The notes under the pieces are model-generated. The model did not search any database. It was not told the DNA's origin and was given only the letters and a program-made list of their open reading frames with translations. From Candidatus Aminicenantes bacterium (GTDB taxonomy: Bacteria > Acidobacteriota > Aminicenantia > Aminicenantales > UBA4085): a DNA stretch of 64,000 nt. How positions within the stretch are numbered: position 1 is the first letter of the stretch; each line of letters starts with the position of its first letter. The stretch covers positions 131,150 to 195,149 of the forward strand of contig CAWDOL010000006.1 in NCBI GenBank assembly GCA_963803915.1. Reading direction: 5' to 3'. Both the position numbers and the translations under genes were made by a program. Below are positions 18,370-27,612 of the stretch, piece after piece.

Positions 18370-19779
18370 ATGTCTAACATATTAGTCATCGACGACGACA
18401 AGCTGATCTGCGACTGGATTGCCGGCGTCGTAGCCTCTTTGGGACATCGATGTCTCTATGCCCATACCCTGGGAGCCGGGCTCAGGATGGCCGAATCCGA
18501 GCTGCCCGATGTCGTCTTCGTTGATATTCTTCTTCCCGACGGCAAAGGCTTGGATCTCCTGCCGAAGCTTAAGTCCATTCGTTCGTCCCCCGAAATCATC
18601 GTCATCACGGGGCGCGGCAACCCGGATGAGGCTGAAAACGCCATCCTGGCCGGCGCCTGGGACTATTTCGAGAAGCCGGCCTCTTTCGAGGCCATCCGGT
18701 TGCCCATCCTGCGGGCCCTGGAATACCGGGCGGAACGAATCGAAGGCACGCCGCCGGTGGTCTTGAAGCGCAAGGGCATCATTGGAAACTCCGAGAAGAT
18801 CGCCGTGTGTCTGGAGCTGCTCGGCCAGGCCGCCAGGAGCGACGTCAACGTACTCATCACCGGCGAAACCGGGACGGGCAAGGAGCTGTACGCCAAGGCC
18901 GTCCACTACAACAGCGCCCGGGCCGGGAAGAGCTTCGTTGTCGTCGACTGCACGGCGCTGCCCGAGACCCTCGTCGAGAGCGTCCTCTTCGGCCATGCCC
19001 GGGGGGCATATACCGGAGCCGACCGCAGCGAGGAGGGGCTGGTCAAGCAAGCCGACGGGGGGACCCTGTTCCTGGACGAGATCGGGGAGCTCCCTCTCAT
19101 CATCCAGAAGCGTTTTCTCCGGGTCATACAGGAGCATCGCTTCCGCCCCGTCGGGGGAAGGCAAGAGGTATCCAGCGATTTCCGGCTCGTGGCGGCGACC
19201 AACCGGAATCTGGAAGGCATGGTCCGGCAAGGACGATTTCGTGAGGATCTCTTCTTCCGGCTGCGGACCCTGATCATCGACCTGCCCCCCTTGCGCGCCA
19301 TTCCCGGAGACATCAAGGAGCTGACGATCTATTACCTGCATGCCTTGTGCGAGCGGTTCGGGATCGTCTCCAAGGGTGCCTCCCCCGAGTTCTGGGACGT
19401 GGTGACCGAATACAAATGGCCGGGCAACGTAAGGGAGCTGATCCAAGCCCTGGAAAAGGCCTTGCTGTCCGCCAAAGACGAGCCCATGCTGTTCCCCAAG
19501 CACCTTCCGGCACATATCCGTATCCAGGTGGCCCGCAGCTCTTATGCCGCAAGCCCGATCGCCTCCGCCGCCGCGGAACCAGCCGCTCCCGATCCCGGCC
19601 CGCTGCCCCAATGGAAGGATATCCGGAAAGCCGCCGTTTCGGCGGCGGAAATCCAGTACGTCAAAAACATGATGTCTTCAGTCGGTGGGGATATCGAAAA
19701 AGCCTGCCAGCTTTCCGGCTTGTCCCGGTCTCGATTCTACACCCTGCTGCGCAAGAACCGGATCGCCAATAGGTCTTGA
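18370..19779 (+). CDS. sigma54-dependent response regulator (NtrC family: REC + AAA+ + Fis-type HTH)
   Basis: REC domain (ILVIDDD...VFVDILLPDGKGLDLL...EKP). Walker A GETGTGKE. GAFTGA-equivalent ESVLFGHARGAYTGA. Walker B TLFLDEIGEL. FREDLFFRL and WPGNVREL are present. The C-terminal HTH reads ACQLSGLSRSRFYTLLRK. Confidence 0.9.
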   Translation: MSNILVIDDDKLICDWIAGVVASLGHRCLYAHTLGAGLRMAESELPDVVFVDILLPDGKGLDLLPKLKSIRSSPEIIVITGRGNPDEAENAILAGAWDYFEKPASFEAIRLPILRALEYRAERIEGTPPVVLKRKGIIGNSEKIAVCLELLGQAARSDVNVLITGETGTGKELYAKAVHYNSARAGKSFVVVDCTALPETLVESVLFGHARGAYTGADRSEEGLVKQADGGTLFLDEIGELPLIIQKRFLRVIQEHRFRPVGGRQEVSSDFRLVAATNRNLEGMVRQGRFREDLFFRLRTLIIDLPPLRAIPGDIKELTIYYLHALCERFGIVSKGASPEFWDVVTEYKWPGNVRELIQALEKALLSAKDEPMLFPKHLPAHIRIQVARSSYAASPIASAAAEPAAPDPGPLPQWKDIRKAAVSAAEIQYVKNMMSSVGGDIEKACQLSGLSRSRFYTLLRKNRIANRS

Positions 19780-19857
19780 TCCCCTCCCGCTCGAAGGGGG
19801 CGGCGCGACTGGCTGCTCGAATTCCTCCGCCGTTGGGAAGTATTCAGCCGGGCGGTC

Positions 19858-19960
19858 CGTTACATACATTCGCGGCGCGAAACCCCGATTTTCGAATCGG
19901 GGGAAAAGGCGCCGCTCCGTATGAACCCATAAATACCCCGGGGTTTCGAATGGGTTTATC
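19858..19960 (+). repeat. nested-hairpin intergenic repeat, copy A
   Basis: GTTACATACATTC-GCGGCGC-GAAA-CCCCGATT-TTCG-AATCGGGG-GAAAAG-GCGCCGC-TCC-GTATGAAC, followed by CCCAT..CCCCGGGG..ATGGGTTTAT. Same family as 40587-40667 and 48574-48738. Confidence 0.7.
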
Positions 19961-20083
19961 CTAGAATTTTCGCTTCACAGGTGGTACATTAAACGGGGGG
20001 CAGGTCACCGGGGCGAAGGCTTCGGGCTGACCCTTCTTGAAGCGATAACCAGCACGAACGCGGAGCGCAAAGGAGCCTGTCGG

Positions 20084-21403
20084 ATGTTCGAAATCCTGAT
20101 GACCCTGCTGGTGACCCGCAGCGCCCTGGAAATCCTCACCAACGTTCATCTCGGGCCGCTTCAGTTGAACATCCCCTCGCTGACCGGCCTGGCCGTCCTG
20201 GGCCTGGCGGCTTGGCTGTTCGTCCGCCGCAAGAAGGTGGCCTGGCATCCGATCGCCACGGGCTGGGTTGTTTGGCTTGTCGTCCTGCTTCCGTTCGTAT
20301 TCCTCAGCTGGCGGGGTTTCGGGCGCGATGGCTTGATGGCCGCCCGGGAATGGGTCCGGCTTCTATCGATCGCCGCCGTCTTTCTCCTGGCTTACAATCT
20401 GCCCTCCCGGGAGGGCAGGCGCAGCGGCCTTCGTCTCCTGTTCCTCGGGCTCCCCATTCCGCTGGCCGCCGCCCTGTACCAATTGATCTTTCGGAAAGGC
20501 TGGGTCGTCGGCACGGAATACCGCCTGATGGGAACGCTGTCCCACCCCAATTCGCTGGGGGTGTTCCTCCTCTTCTTCATCGCCCTGACCTACTGGAGAT
20601 CCAGGACTTCCAGGCATCCTGTGTGGACGATCCTGATCGCTATCGAGATGATCTTTCTCGTCGGCACCTTGAATATCGGGGGATTTCTCATGGTGGGGGC
20701 GCTCTGGGCCTGGATCTTTCTGCGCGAAGAGCCTCGCGGGAGGATCGTTGTCGTAGGGCTTTGTGCCCTGTTCGCCTTGATGATTCTGACCAACCGGCAG
20801 GCGCCGGCCAAGATGAAGATGGTCGAGGCGGCGGTTCGGACCAGCCAGCAGGCGCCGGTGAAAGGCAAGACAACGGCCCCATCCAAGATCATTCCGGCGG
20901 TCAGGAAGGTGCTCAACACCGGCTCGGTGGGCTGGCGGTTCGCCAATTGGAAGAACTTGGTCGACCTATGGCAGAAAAAGCCCTGGCTGGGGTACGGCCT
21001 GCATACGACCTCCATGGTCAATCCTTGGAAGACGGACCGGAAGATAGGGTTTGCTCCCCACAACGACTTCATCCGCTATCTTCTCGAAACGGGCGCGGTC
21101 GGCTTTCTGGCCTTTTGCGGCTTCATTCTGTTTTCGGGCCTCCAGCTTCTGAAAGCGGCCCGCAGAGCGCCCCCGGCCCGCGGGGCGCCCTTGCTCTGGA
21201 TCCTGGCGGGTGTCTTCCTGGCCTGGCAGGGAGGCAGCCTGGGCGACAACCTGATCTCGACGACGGTTTTCCAGTTCTATCTTTGGGCCGCCCTGGGCTT
21301 CGCTTTGCGGGAGCAGAAAGACGGGGAGGAGCGCCATCCGGCAGCTGGTTTGCTTCTCCCTCTCGAAAAAATGCAGGCCCAAGGAAAGATAGGCTCGGAT
21401 TGA
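20084..21403 (+). CDS. O-antigen ligase (Wzy_C/RfaL)-family polytopic membrane protein
   Basis: 439 aa with ~10-12 TM helices. MGTLSHPNSLGVFLLFFI and the periplasmic-loop motif GYGL...APHNDFIRYLLETGAVGF are typical of Wzy_C proteins. Confidence 0.7.
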   Translation: MFEILMTLLVTRSALEILTNVHLGPLQLNIPSLTGLAVLGLAAWLFVRRKKVAWHPIATGWVVWLVVLLPFVFLSWRGFGRDGLMAAREWVRLLSIAAVFLLAYNLPSREGRRSGLRLLFLGLPIPLAAALYQLIFRKGWVVGTEYRLMGTLSHPNSLGVFLLFFIALTYWRSRTSRHPVWTILIAIEMIFLVGTLNIGGFLMVGALWAWIFLREEPRGRIVVVGLCALFALMILTNRQAPAKMKMVEAAVRTSQQAPVKGKTTAPSKIIPAVRKVLNTGSVGWRFANWKNLVDLWQKKPWLGYGLHTTSMVNPWKTDRKIGFAPHNDFIRYLLETGAVGFLAFCGFILFSGLQLLKAARRAPPARGAPLLWILAGVFLAWQGGSLGDNLISTTVFQFYLWAALGFALREQKDGEERHPAAGLLLPLEKMQAQGKIGSD

Positions 21404-23505
21404 ACCGAACGGCAGCCAGAATCCTCGCCCTGCTCGGCTACGGCCTATTTTTCGCCTGGTTCTATTATCGCTATGTCCCTCTGATTCCCGCCTTCCAGGC
21501 CGTGTTGGCGCCGATCCTGACTTGCCTTTGGATCATGACGGCGGTGGACGTCAAAAAGGGGCTCCTCGCTTTCTGCTTCATCTTTCCGTTGATCAACAGT
21601 CTGCCCTACTTTTTCGGTATTGATGAGACGATCCCGCATGCCCCCGTGGCCCTGGTCGTCTTTCTGGTTTTCGTCCTGGGCCGATTGACGGGTCGGATCT
21701 TCGTCAAGCCGGACTTGGCCAAGGTTCCCCTGGTCCTATCCCTGAAGCTTCTGGCCGTCTGGGGCGGGCTCTCCGCCCTGATCACCTTCCTCCGGTATAT
21801 GGACTTTTTCCCCTTGGTCGCGCCGGGCCTGCATGAGTTCAAGGTCAATGCCGCCGGCCTGTCGGCGGGCGGGGCCCGGATGAGCGTCGTTTTCACCTCC
21901 GCCAGTCTTCTTTCCGGGATCGCCATGTTCATTTTTTTTCGCCGGGCCTTCGCGGATCCATCGTTCAAGAAACGGCTGGTGAACACGCTTACCCTGTCCG
22001 CCTCGGTTTCGTTCCTGTTCGGCTACTTTCAAAGCTTACAGTCCATCGTCTCCGGCAGCACCCCGTATTGGAACAAGCTCGAACAGATCAACGCCACGTT
22101 CAAGGATCCCAACTCGCTCGCCGCCTTCATCGCCGGGTTCGTCCCTCTCGTGATCGTCTACGCCTTGGGCCAGTCCGGGATTAAGCACGCGTTATTAGTC
22201 ATCCTCGGCGGCCTGGGGTTGGGATTGCTGCCTCTGTCGGGATCGCGCAGTGGAATGGCGGCCATCGCCGTTGCCGCCGCCGTGTTCGTGGTGGGAGTGC
22301 TCGTGGGGGCGGGGAAAGCGCTGCGTAAAAGGGTGGCCTTCCATGTGGCCGGATTCCTCCTGATCTTTGTCGCCTGGAATATCGTGGCGGTCCCCAATTC
22401 CGCGCTGTCGCTTCGGATCGGCTGGAGCATCTATCAGCTCAAGGAAATGAAGCCCCCGGCCGAACCTCAGATCCAGGCGGAAGGGCAGGCCCCGGCCGAT
22501 TCTCAGGCCCAGGCCCAGGATCAAGTGGATATCGGCGATTTCTTCAATAAAAGGCTGATCCTATGGTCTGCGGCCGGAGCCATGTTCCGGACCGCCCCGC
22601 TGACCGGCGTCGGGCTGGGGGCTTTCATCGTGACCTTTCCCGACTATCTGAAAGAGCGGGGCTGGACTAAGGGCTTCAGCGATTCGGCCCTGAACCTGGC
22701 TTTTCAGATCGGGGCCGAGACAGGTCTTGTCGGCCTCATTTTTTCTCTGGCTTTTTTGGTCGGGCTGGTCGGCCGCATGGCCGGGATCCTCCGGTTCCGC
22801 GTCCCGGGCAGCGACCGGAACTGGCTGGGGCTGGGGGCGGTCTGCGGATTGACGGCGTTTTTTTTCAATTTCCTGTTTCATACATATGTCGCCAGCTTTG
22901 AAATCCAGTTCTTGTTCTGGTTTTTAGCCGCGCTCGTTTTCAGCCCGGCGGCCGGGCCCGCGACGCCTGGGAAGCCCCGTCCGACGCGCTCCTGGGTCGT
23001 CCCCGCCGCCGTCGTCGGCCTTCTCGTTGCCAGCACCGTCTTTCTGGCCGTCTCGATCGGCAAGTATTCCATCGGCGCTCGCGCCGAAAAATATGGCTGG
23101 ACGCAGGCGTTCGGATTCTATGACCCGGAAACGGATCCCCAGGTCGGTGGATTCCGCTGGACCGGAAAGGCCGCGGGGTTCAGCCTGATCCGGCCCTCTG
23201 CGGGCACGGTCGTGACGCTCAGAGCCGCGAATCCGGACCTGGCCGAACACCCCGTGACCGTCCGCGTTTATCGCGCGGATCGTCATTTCCGCAAGTCCGT
23301 ACTGGCCGGCACGATCGTTCTGAAAGACGCTTCGTGGACGCGATTCCCGATCGAGATATCCGGCGGGAGAGAGGGAACGGCCTATTTCCTGATCGAGCCC
23401 GACCGGACGTGGAGTCCGCGCCGCGCCTTGGGCACAACCGACTACCGCGATCTTGGCGTGGCGGTTGAATCCTCCATTTTGGGAGCGGGGTCACTGCTTC
23501 GATAA
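21400..23505 (+). CDS. second O-antigen-ligase-like membrane protein with ~190-aa C-terminal extracytoplasmic domain
   Basis: Frame of ORF 20212-23505, meaningful only from LNRTAARILALLGYGLFFAW. A TTG at 21400 overlaps the upstream TGA (TTGA). TFKDPNSLAAFIAGF, GSRSGMAAIAVA and TGVGLGAF...DSALNLAFQIGAETGLVGL are Wzy_C-like. A later ATG start cannot be excluded. Confidence 0.6.
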   Translation: MNRTAARILALLGYGLFFAWFYYRYVPLIPAFQAVLAPILTCLWIMTAVDVKKGLLAFCFIFPLINSLPYFFGIDETIPHAPVALVVFLVFVLGRLTGRIFVKPDLAKVPLVLSLKLLAVWGGLSALITFLRYMDFFPLVAPGLHEFKVNAAGLSAGGARMSVVFTSASLLSGIAMFIFFRRAFADPSFKKRLVNTLTLSASVSFLFGYFQSLQSIVSGSTPYWNKLEQINATFKDPNSLAAFIAGFVPLVIVYALGQSGIKHALLVILGGLGLGLLPLSGSRSGMAAIAVAAAVFVVGVLVGAGKALRKRVAFHVAGFLLIFVAWNIVAVPNSALSLRIGWSIYQLKEMKPPAEPQIQAEGQAPADSQAQAQDQVDIGDFFNKRLILWSAAGAMFRTAPLTGVGLGAFIVTFPDYLKERGWTKGFSDSALNLAFQIGAETGLVGLIFSLAFLVGLVGRMAGILRFRVPGSDRNWLGLGAVCGLTAFFFNFLFHTYVASFEIQFLFWFLAALVFSPAAGPATPGKPRPTRSWVVPAAVVGLLVASTVFLAVSIGKYSIGARAEKYGWTQAFGFYDPETDPQVGGFRWTGKAAGFSLIRPSAGTVVTLRAANPDLAEHPVTVRVYRADRHFRKSVLAGTIVLKDASWTRFPIEISGGREGTAYFLIEPDRTWSPRRALGTTDYRDLGVAVESSILGAGSLLR

Positions 23506-23731
23506 GAGAGACACGGGCCAAGGTCTACCCTGAGCCTATCCCGGATGGTTCGGCGACCCCGGGGCAAAGCCGCCGCTGAAGTATCGGCTCGTCAGGCCTG
23601 CTCATGATTATTCGATGCCGCTTCCGGCGCGGGGATTTGTTAAATGGCGCCGCCGGACGTGCAAGCATCCGCCGCGCTGGTGCCTGACGTGCATTCCGTC
23701 TGCGCGACGGCGCCGACGGACGTGCAAGCCG

Positions 23732-25151
23732 TTAAATTCATTTTCGACAGTTAGTTTTTCGAACTCTCTGTAAATGAACGGATTACGGGCGCGAAAAAAT
23801 ACTTTGGCACTACAGACCATCCCCCTAGTCGCATGGGCTCACCGAGCTCGGCGGCCGTACTCCTGCCGCATGGAAGGCCTGATGGGCAACTCCGAGCAGG
23901 TCGGTACGAAGCCGATAGGATCGACCATCCGCCTGCAGGTGCACGGCCTGGACTTGGCTGAGATCCCGCATCAGCGTCGGCCAAGAGACGTCGATTTTAT
24001 GCTCGTCCAGCCGGCGCTGCAGATCGACCTCGAGCCGGAGCGCCAAGAACCCAGCCACGATGTGCCCGATCGTCGTGTCGTCGCGATGGTGGAAGACCGG
24101 CCGCACCTGGATCGCACTTTTCGTCTCCCGGAAGGCCCGTTCCACCCGCCAGAGGCTTTTATAGGTTTTGGCCACCTCGGCGGCGGGAAGATCGGTATTG
24201 GTCCGCAGGACGTACTTGCCGTCGAAGCGGGATTCGAGGAGGATTATATCCTCATCGATCTGGACCGCGTCCTTGGCTACGCGAAGATACCGGGCATAGC
24301 CCTTATTGCCGATCAGGTTCTTGACGCCGCCGGCAAGCTTCTCCCGCAAGGCGTCCAGGATAGCGGCTCGGGCCGCTTCATCCTTCCGCTTCTCTTCCTC
24401 ATTCAGGCAGATGACATAGCGGCGGTCTTCGATCCGGACTTCCTTGACCTTCAGGTTCGGGGCCACGTCTTCATAGCGCCCGGCCCGGCTCAGGACTTCC
24501 GCACCGATCTCCTTCTGTTTCCTCATCCGGCAGCCCAGGATGTAGTCGTAGGGTGCTTTCCCCTCGGTCAGAAGATCGAGGCTCTTTTTCCCCATCATGC
24601 CCCGATCCGCAACAACCACCACATGACCGATCCGGAACCGCGTTCGCAGCTTCGTAATCATCGCCTCGAAGGCCACCGGATCCGCCGTGTTGCCCGGAAA
24701 ACTTCCCACGACACCGGCCAACCTTGGCCGTCCACCGCGATGCTCAAGACCATCTGCGGCAGATCCGGCCGGTGGTCCCGCGAGTAGCCGCGTTTGCGCC
24801 ATTCCGTTTCTTCATCCCGGTGGATGGCGATGCTGGTCGTATCCAGGAAGACGAGCATCCAACTCTTGGGAGAACAGATCCCGATCTCGAGCGAACAGCG
24901 CCCGTTCGAGTTCTCCACGGTTCTCGGCCAGGAAGCCGTTGGTCCGGTACAGCTGCTGCAGGGCGATCTCCGGCAAGCCTTCGACGGTCTCTGTCCATCC
25001 CGAGCCCTGAAGATCCGAGCCCGGCGCGATCAGCCTCTGCAAGACCATGGCGAAGGCGATGCGCTCCAGGTCGAACTCGAACTTGCCGTAAATCGTTTGT
25101 TATGTGAAAACGGGTCTAAAAAGAGTCCTGGGAACTGTCGAAAATGAGTTA
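23732..25151 (-). mobile_element. IS element 1 (IS1634/IS4 family), degraded
   Basis: Terminal inverted repeats TTAAATTCATTTTCGACAGTT (23732-23752) and, reverse-complemented, TTAACTCATTTTCGACAGTT (25132-25151) share a 15/15 core. They enclose a frameshifted DDE transposase. Confidence 0.6.
23825..25110 (-). pseudogene. IS1634/IS4-family DDE transposase, frameshifted (breaks near 24700 and 24850); N-terminal region apparently missing
   Basis: FEFDLERIAFAMVLQRLIAPGSDL..., LVFLDTTSIAIHRDEE..RKRGYSRDHRPDLPQMVLSIAVDGQGWPVSWEVFPGNTAD, VVVADRGMMGKKSL, YKSLWRVERAFRETKSAIQVRPVFHH..IGHIVAGFLALRL. Confidence 0.75.
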
Positions 25152-25166
25152 AAAACATCTTCACAT

Positions 25167-27446
25167 CCTACATTCCGCACTTAGTTGGGACCGTTTTTAG
25201 CAATTAGCCCCCCCACGAGCGACTGCGGCCTAGCGATAGCATCCTGAGCAGGTCCACGTCTCAGCATCTCCGTCAACAAGTCTTTTTGCGATCTTCTTCA
25301 ACCGGACGGGGAAGACGACATGCTCGCTTGCCGCCTTGATACTCGATACCACGGCCAGCATCGGAGAATCATCTCCAGGATCCGCTCGCGCGTCGTCGGC
25401 GCGGGCGACATCCGGCCTTCAGGGAGAACAGGCAGACGAGAATCTTCTTGTTTTTCATCGCTTACAGCCGGACGCTGCGTTCAATCAACGGCATCGAGCA
25501 TCATGGCCAGGAACGTGCATGGAGAAGCCGGACAACCCGTTGCGGCTTCTGAGGTAGACCGGGGCGACTGTCCGACGCTCGGTCTTAAAGAGCGCATGCC
25601 GCTTCGTCTGACATAGGGCTGATCCTTGTAGATCTGCAGAATCTCCTTGCGGGACTCGCGCGTCGAGGTTGGTCAGAAGCGGAAAGACCCGCATCGGTCC
25701 GGGCCGCTGCTCGAAGGGTCGGAGAATCACGGCGGACCGAGATCTGAGTGAGCTCGCGGGAACGAGACTCTCGAAGCGGCGCCCGCCGGCTTCGGCCGGC
25801 CGCGTTGCAGATGACGGATGCGGCGGATCTCGTGCAGTCCCCAACTGTCTCGATCCGGAACAAGGGGCGATACGGCGCCGAGAATCGTGTGGATTTTCTT
25901 TTGAACCGCCGTTCGGCTCTTGTTGCGGCCCTTGTTCAAGGCCGGGTAGCCAGCGTCGTTGATCTGTCGATCGCCTCGACCGGGTGCAGGCCGGCCTCCG
26001 GGCCGCGGCATCCAAAGCCGCCTTCTGCGAACTGCGGAACCAGATCAGGCGGAAGCCGTCGGTGCTTCGCGCCTCGGCGGTCGTCGCGTAGATGTCCGGC
26101 GGATCGTCCTTGCGTGGGCGCCGGGAGCGCCAGGGTCTGCCGCCAGCGGACATCTACCCGTCCGCAGCCGGCGCCCGCATGGCCCTATCCTCGGCCCGGG
26201 TCCGGCGGCATGACGGTCACGAACCGGCCCTGGTACTGACGTCAAATAGGCCAAGTTCTTGCGGGTGCACAGCTTGCTGTCGGCCACGTAGATGAAATCG
26301 TCTCGTGCCCAAAAGAAGCCGGAGTCGTTCGAGGTTGGTCCGGTGGATGGTGTCGTCGGTCCGGTTCCCGCTGTAGACCTCGTGGGAGAGGGGAACCGTG
26401 CCGTCGGCGGTGACGTTCAACCCGAAGACGAGCTGCTTGAGGTCCGGCCGATGGTCCTTGTTGAAGCCATGGATGATGCGGGGCTCGTCCAGGCTGGCCT
26501 CGTAGCGGCCATGGACGGTGACGGTGGTCGTATCGTGATGGATCCGCCGGGTGTCGATCTCGAAGCCGCGGATGATCTGGACGGCCAGCCGGAAAAGAGG
26601 CTGCGGCCGCGGACCGAAGCCAGGTCGTCCAGCACCCGGCCCATCCGATCGTCGTTCAAGGCGCGCTTCTCGTCCTTGGTCAAGCCCAGGGTGGCTGGGT
26701 CGATCGGTTCGGCCCACTGGGCGATGCGGTACATCGGAGCCGGGGACAACAAGATGTTCTGGACAAGAACAGCCAGGGTCTGGGCTTGGTCGAGAAGCCC
26801 GTCACGGGAGCGGCCCAGGCTGGCGTTGACGAGACGGAAGAAGTCCATGCGGGCCAGGAAGTGGCGGAGAATGGGATGGCGGGCCGAGGGGATGGACGGT
26901 CAATCGGGCTTCGCCAACCTCGGGTGCGGCGTCCGCCGGCTTGCCTTATATACATAAGTATGATATATGTATACCACATCAATGTCCACGTCAAGCGAAA
27001 AGCGCACGGTTAAGCACCGGGAGCGCCGGCGGTTGATCCGGACACTGGAATCGAGCCTTCCGTTGGCCATCGGGAGGCGTGGCTCGGGTTCATGCGCACG
27101 TTGCGGGAATCCACGCTGCAGACTGTCGCGATGGAACGGGCCATCCGTCAAGTCGCTGAAAATTCCTGTCTAAAGCGTGCAGCCAAACGCCGCTGCCAAC
27201 TGATACGCCCGGGCGGATGACGAAGCACGGATGCTGGAGGCGGGCGTCGCTATCGGGCCTGGCGTGCAGAGCATGGCGGACGCGACTGTCGCGCCATCGA
27301 AAACCGGCAAAAGGAGATCAATAGGCTGGCGGAAGATGAAGAAAAGCGTGGACCCTGTACAAGTAGCGCTATCAAGCTGTATATAATGGCGTTACGTGAA
27401 TGCGTAATTGCTAAATAATCGGTCCCAACGAAGTGCGGAATGTAGG
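25167..27446 (-). mobile_element. IS element 2 (IS1634/IS4 family, 2280 bp) with 6-bp target-site duplication
   Basis: ~40-bp imperfect TIRs: CCTACATTCCGCACTTAGTTGGGACCGTTTTTAGCAATTA (25167-25206) versus the reverse complement of 27405-27446, CCTACATTCCGCACTTCGTTGGGACCGATTATTTAGCAATTA. A direct TCACAT repeat lies on both flanks (25161-25166 and 27447-27452). Confidence 0.8.
25230..26965 (-). pseudogene. IS1634/IS4-family DDE transposase of IS element 2, many frameshifts
   Basis: Pieces lie in several frames: MYIRQ..., HFLARMDFFRLVNASLGRSRDGLLDQAQTLAVLVQNILLSPAPMYRIAQW..., IHHDTTTVTVHGRYE...GFNKDHRPDLKQLVFGLNVTADGTVPLSHEVYSGNRTDD, FIYVADSKLCTRKNLAYL, ...LFKTE..VAPVYLRS. Boundaries are approximate. 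Confidence 0.6.
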
Positions 27447-27612
27447 TCACATTTATTGGTATTATGCATTATTCGTGCCGAAATTATTTTCCCAGCCGGA
27501 TAATTGAAGACCTGTTTTTTCAGGGAAACATTCGTATATTGGTCGTTCACCGGCGCCGATCGTCCTGCCGAAAAAATCCACTTTATCAGAACTGGCCCAA
27601 AAAATAAGACGG

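Noticed and set aside
20212-21399. First third of the 1097-aa ORF 20212-23505
   Set aside because: It is out of frame with, and fully overlapped by, the genuine O-antigen-ligase gene 20084-21403. The text there is Arg/Pro/Gly junk. Only the part from 21400 onward is coding.
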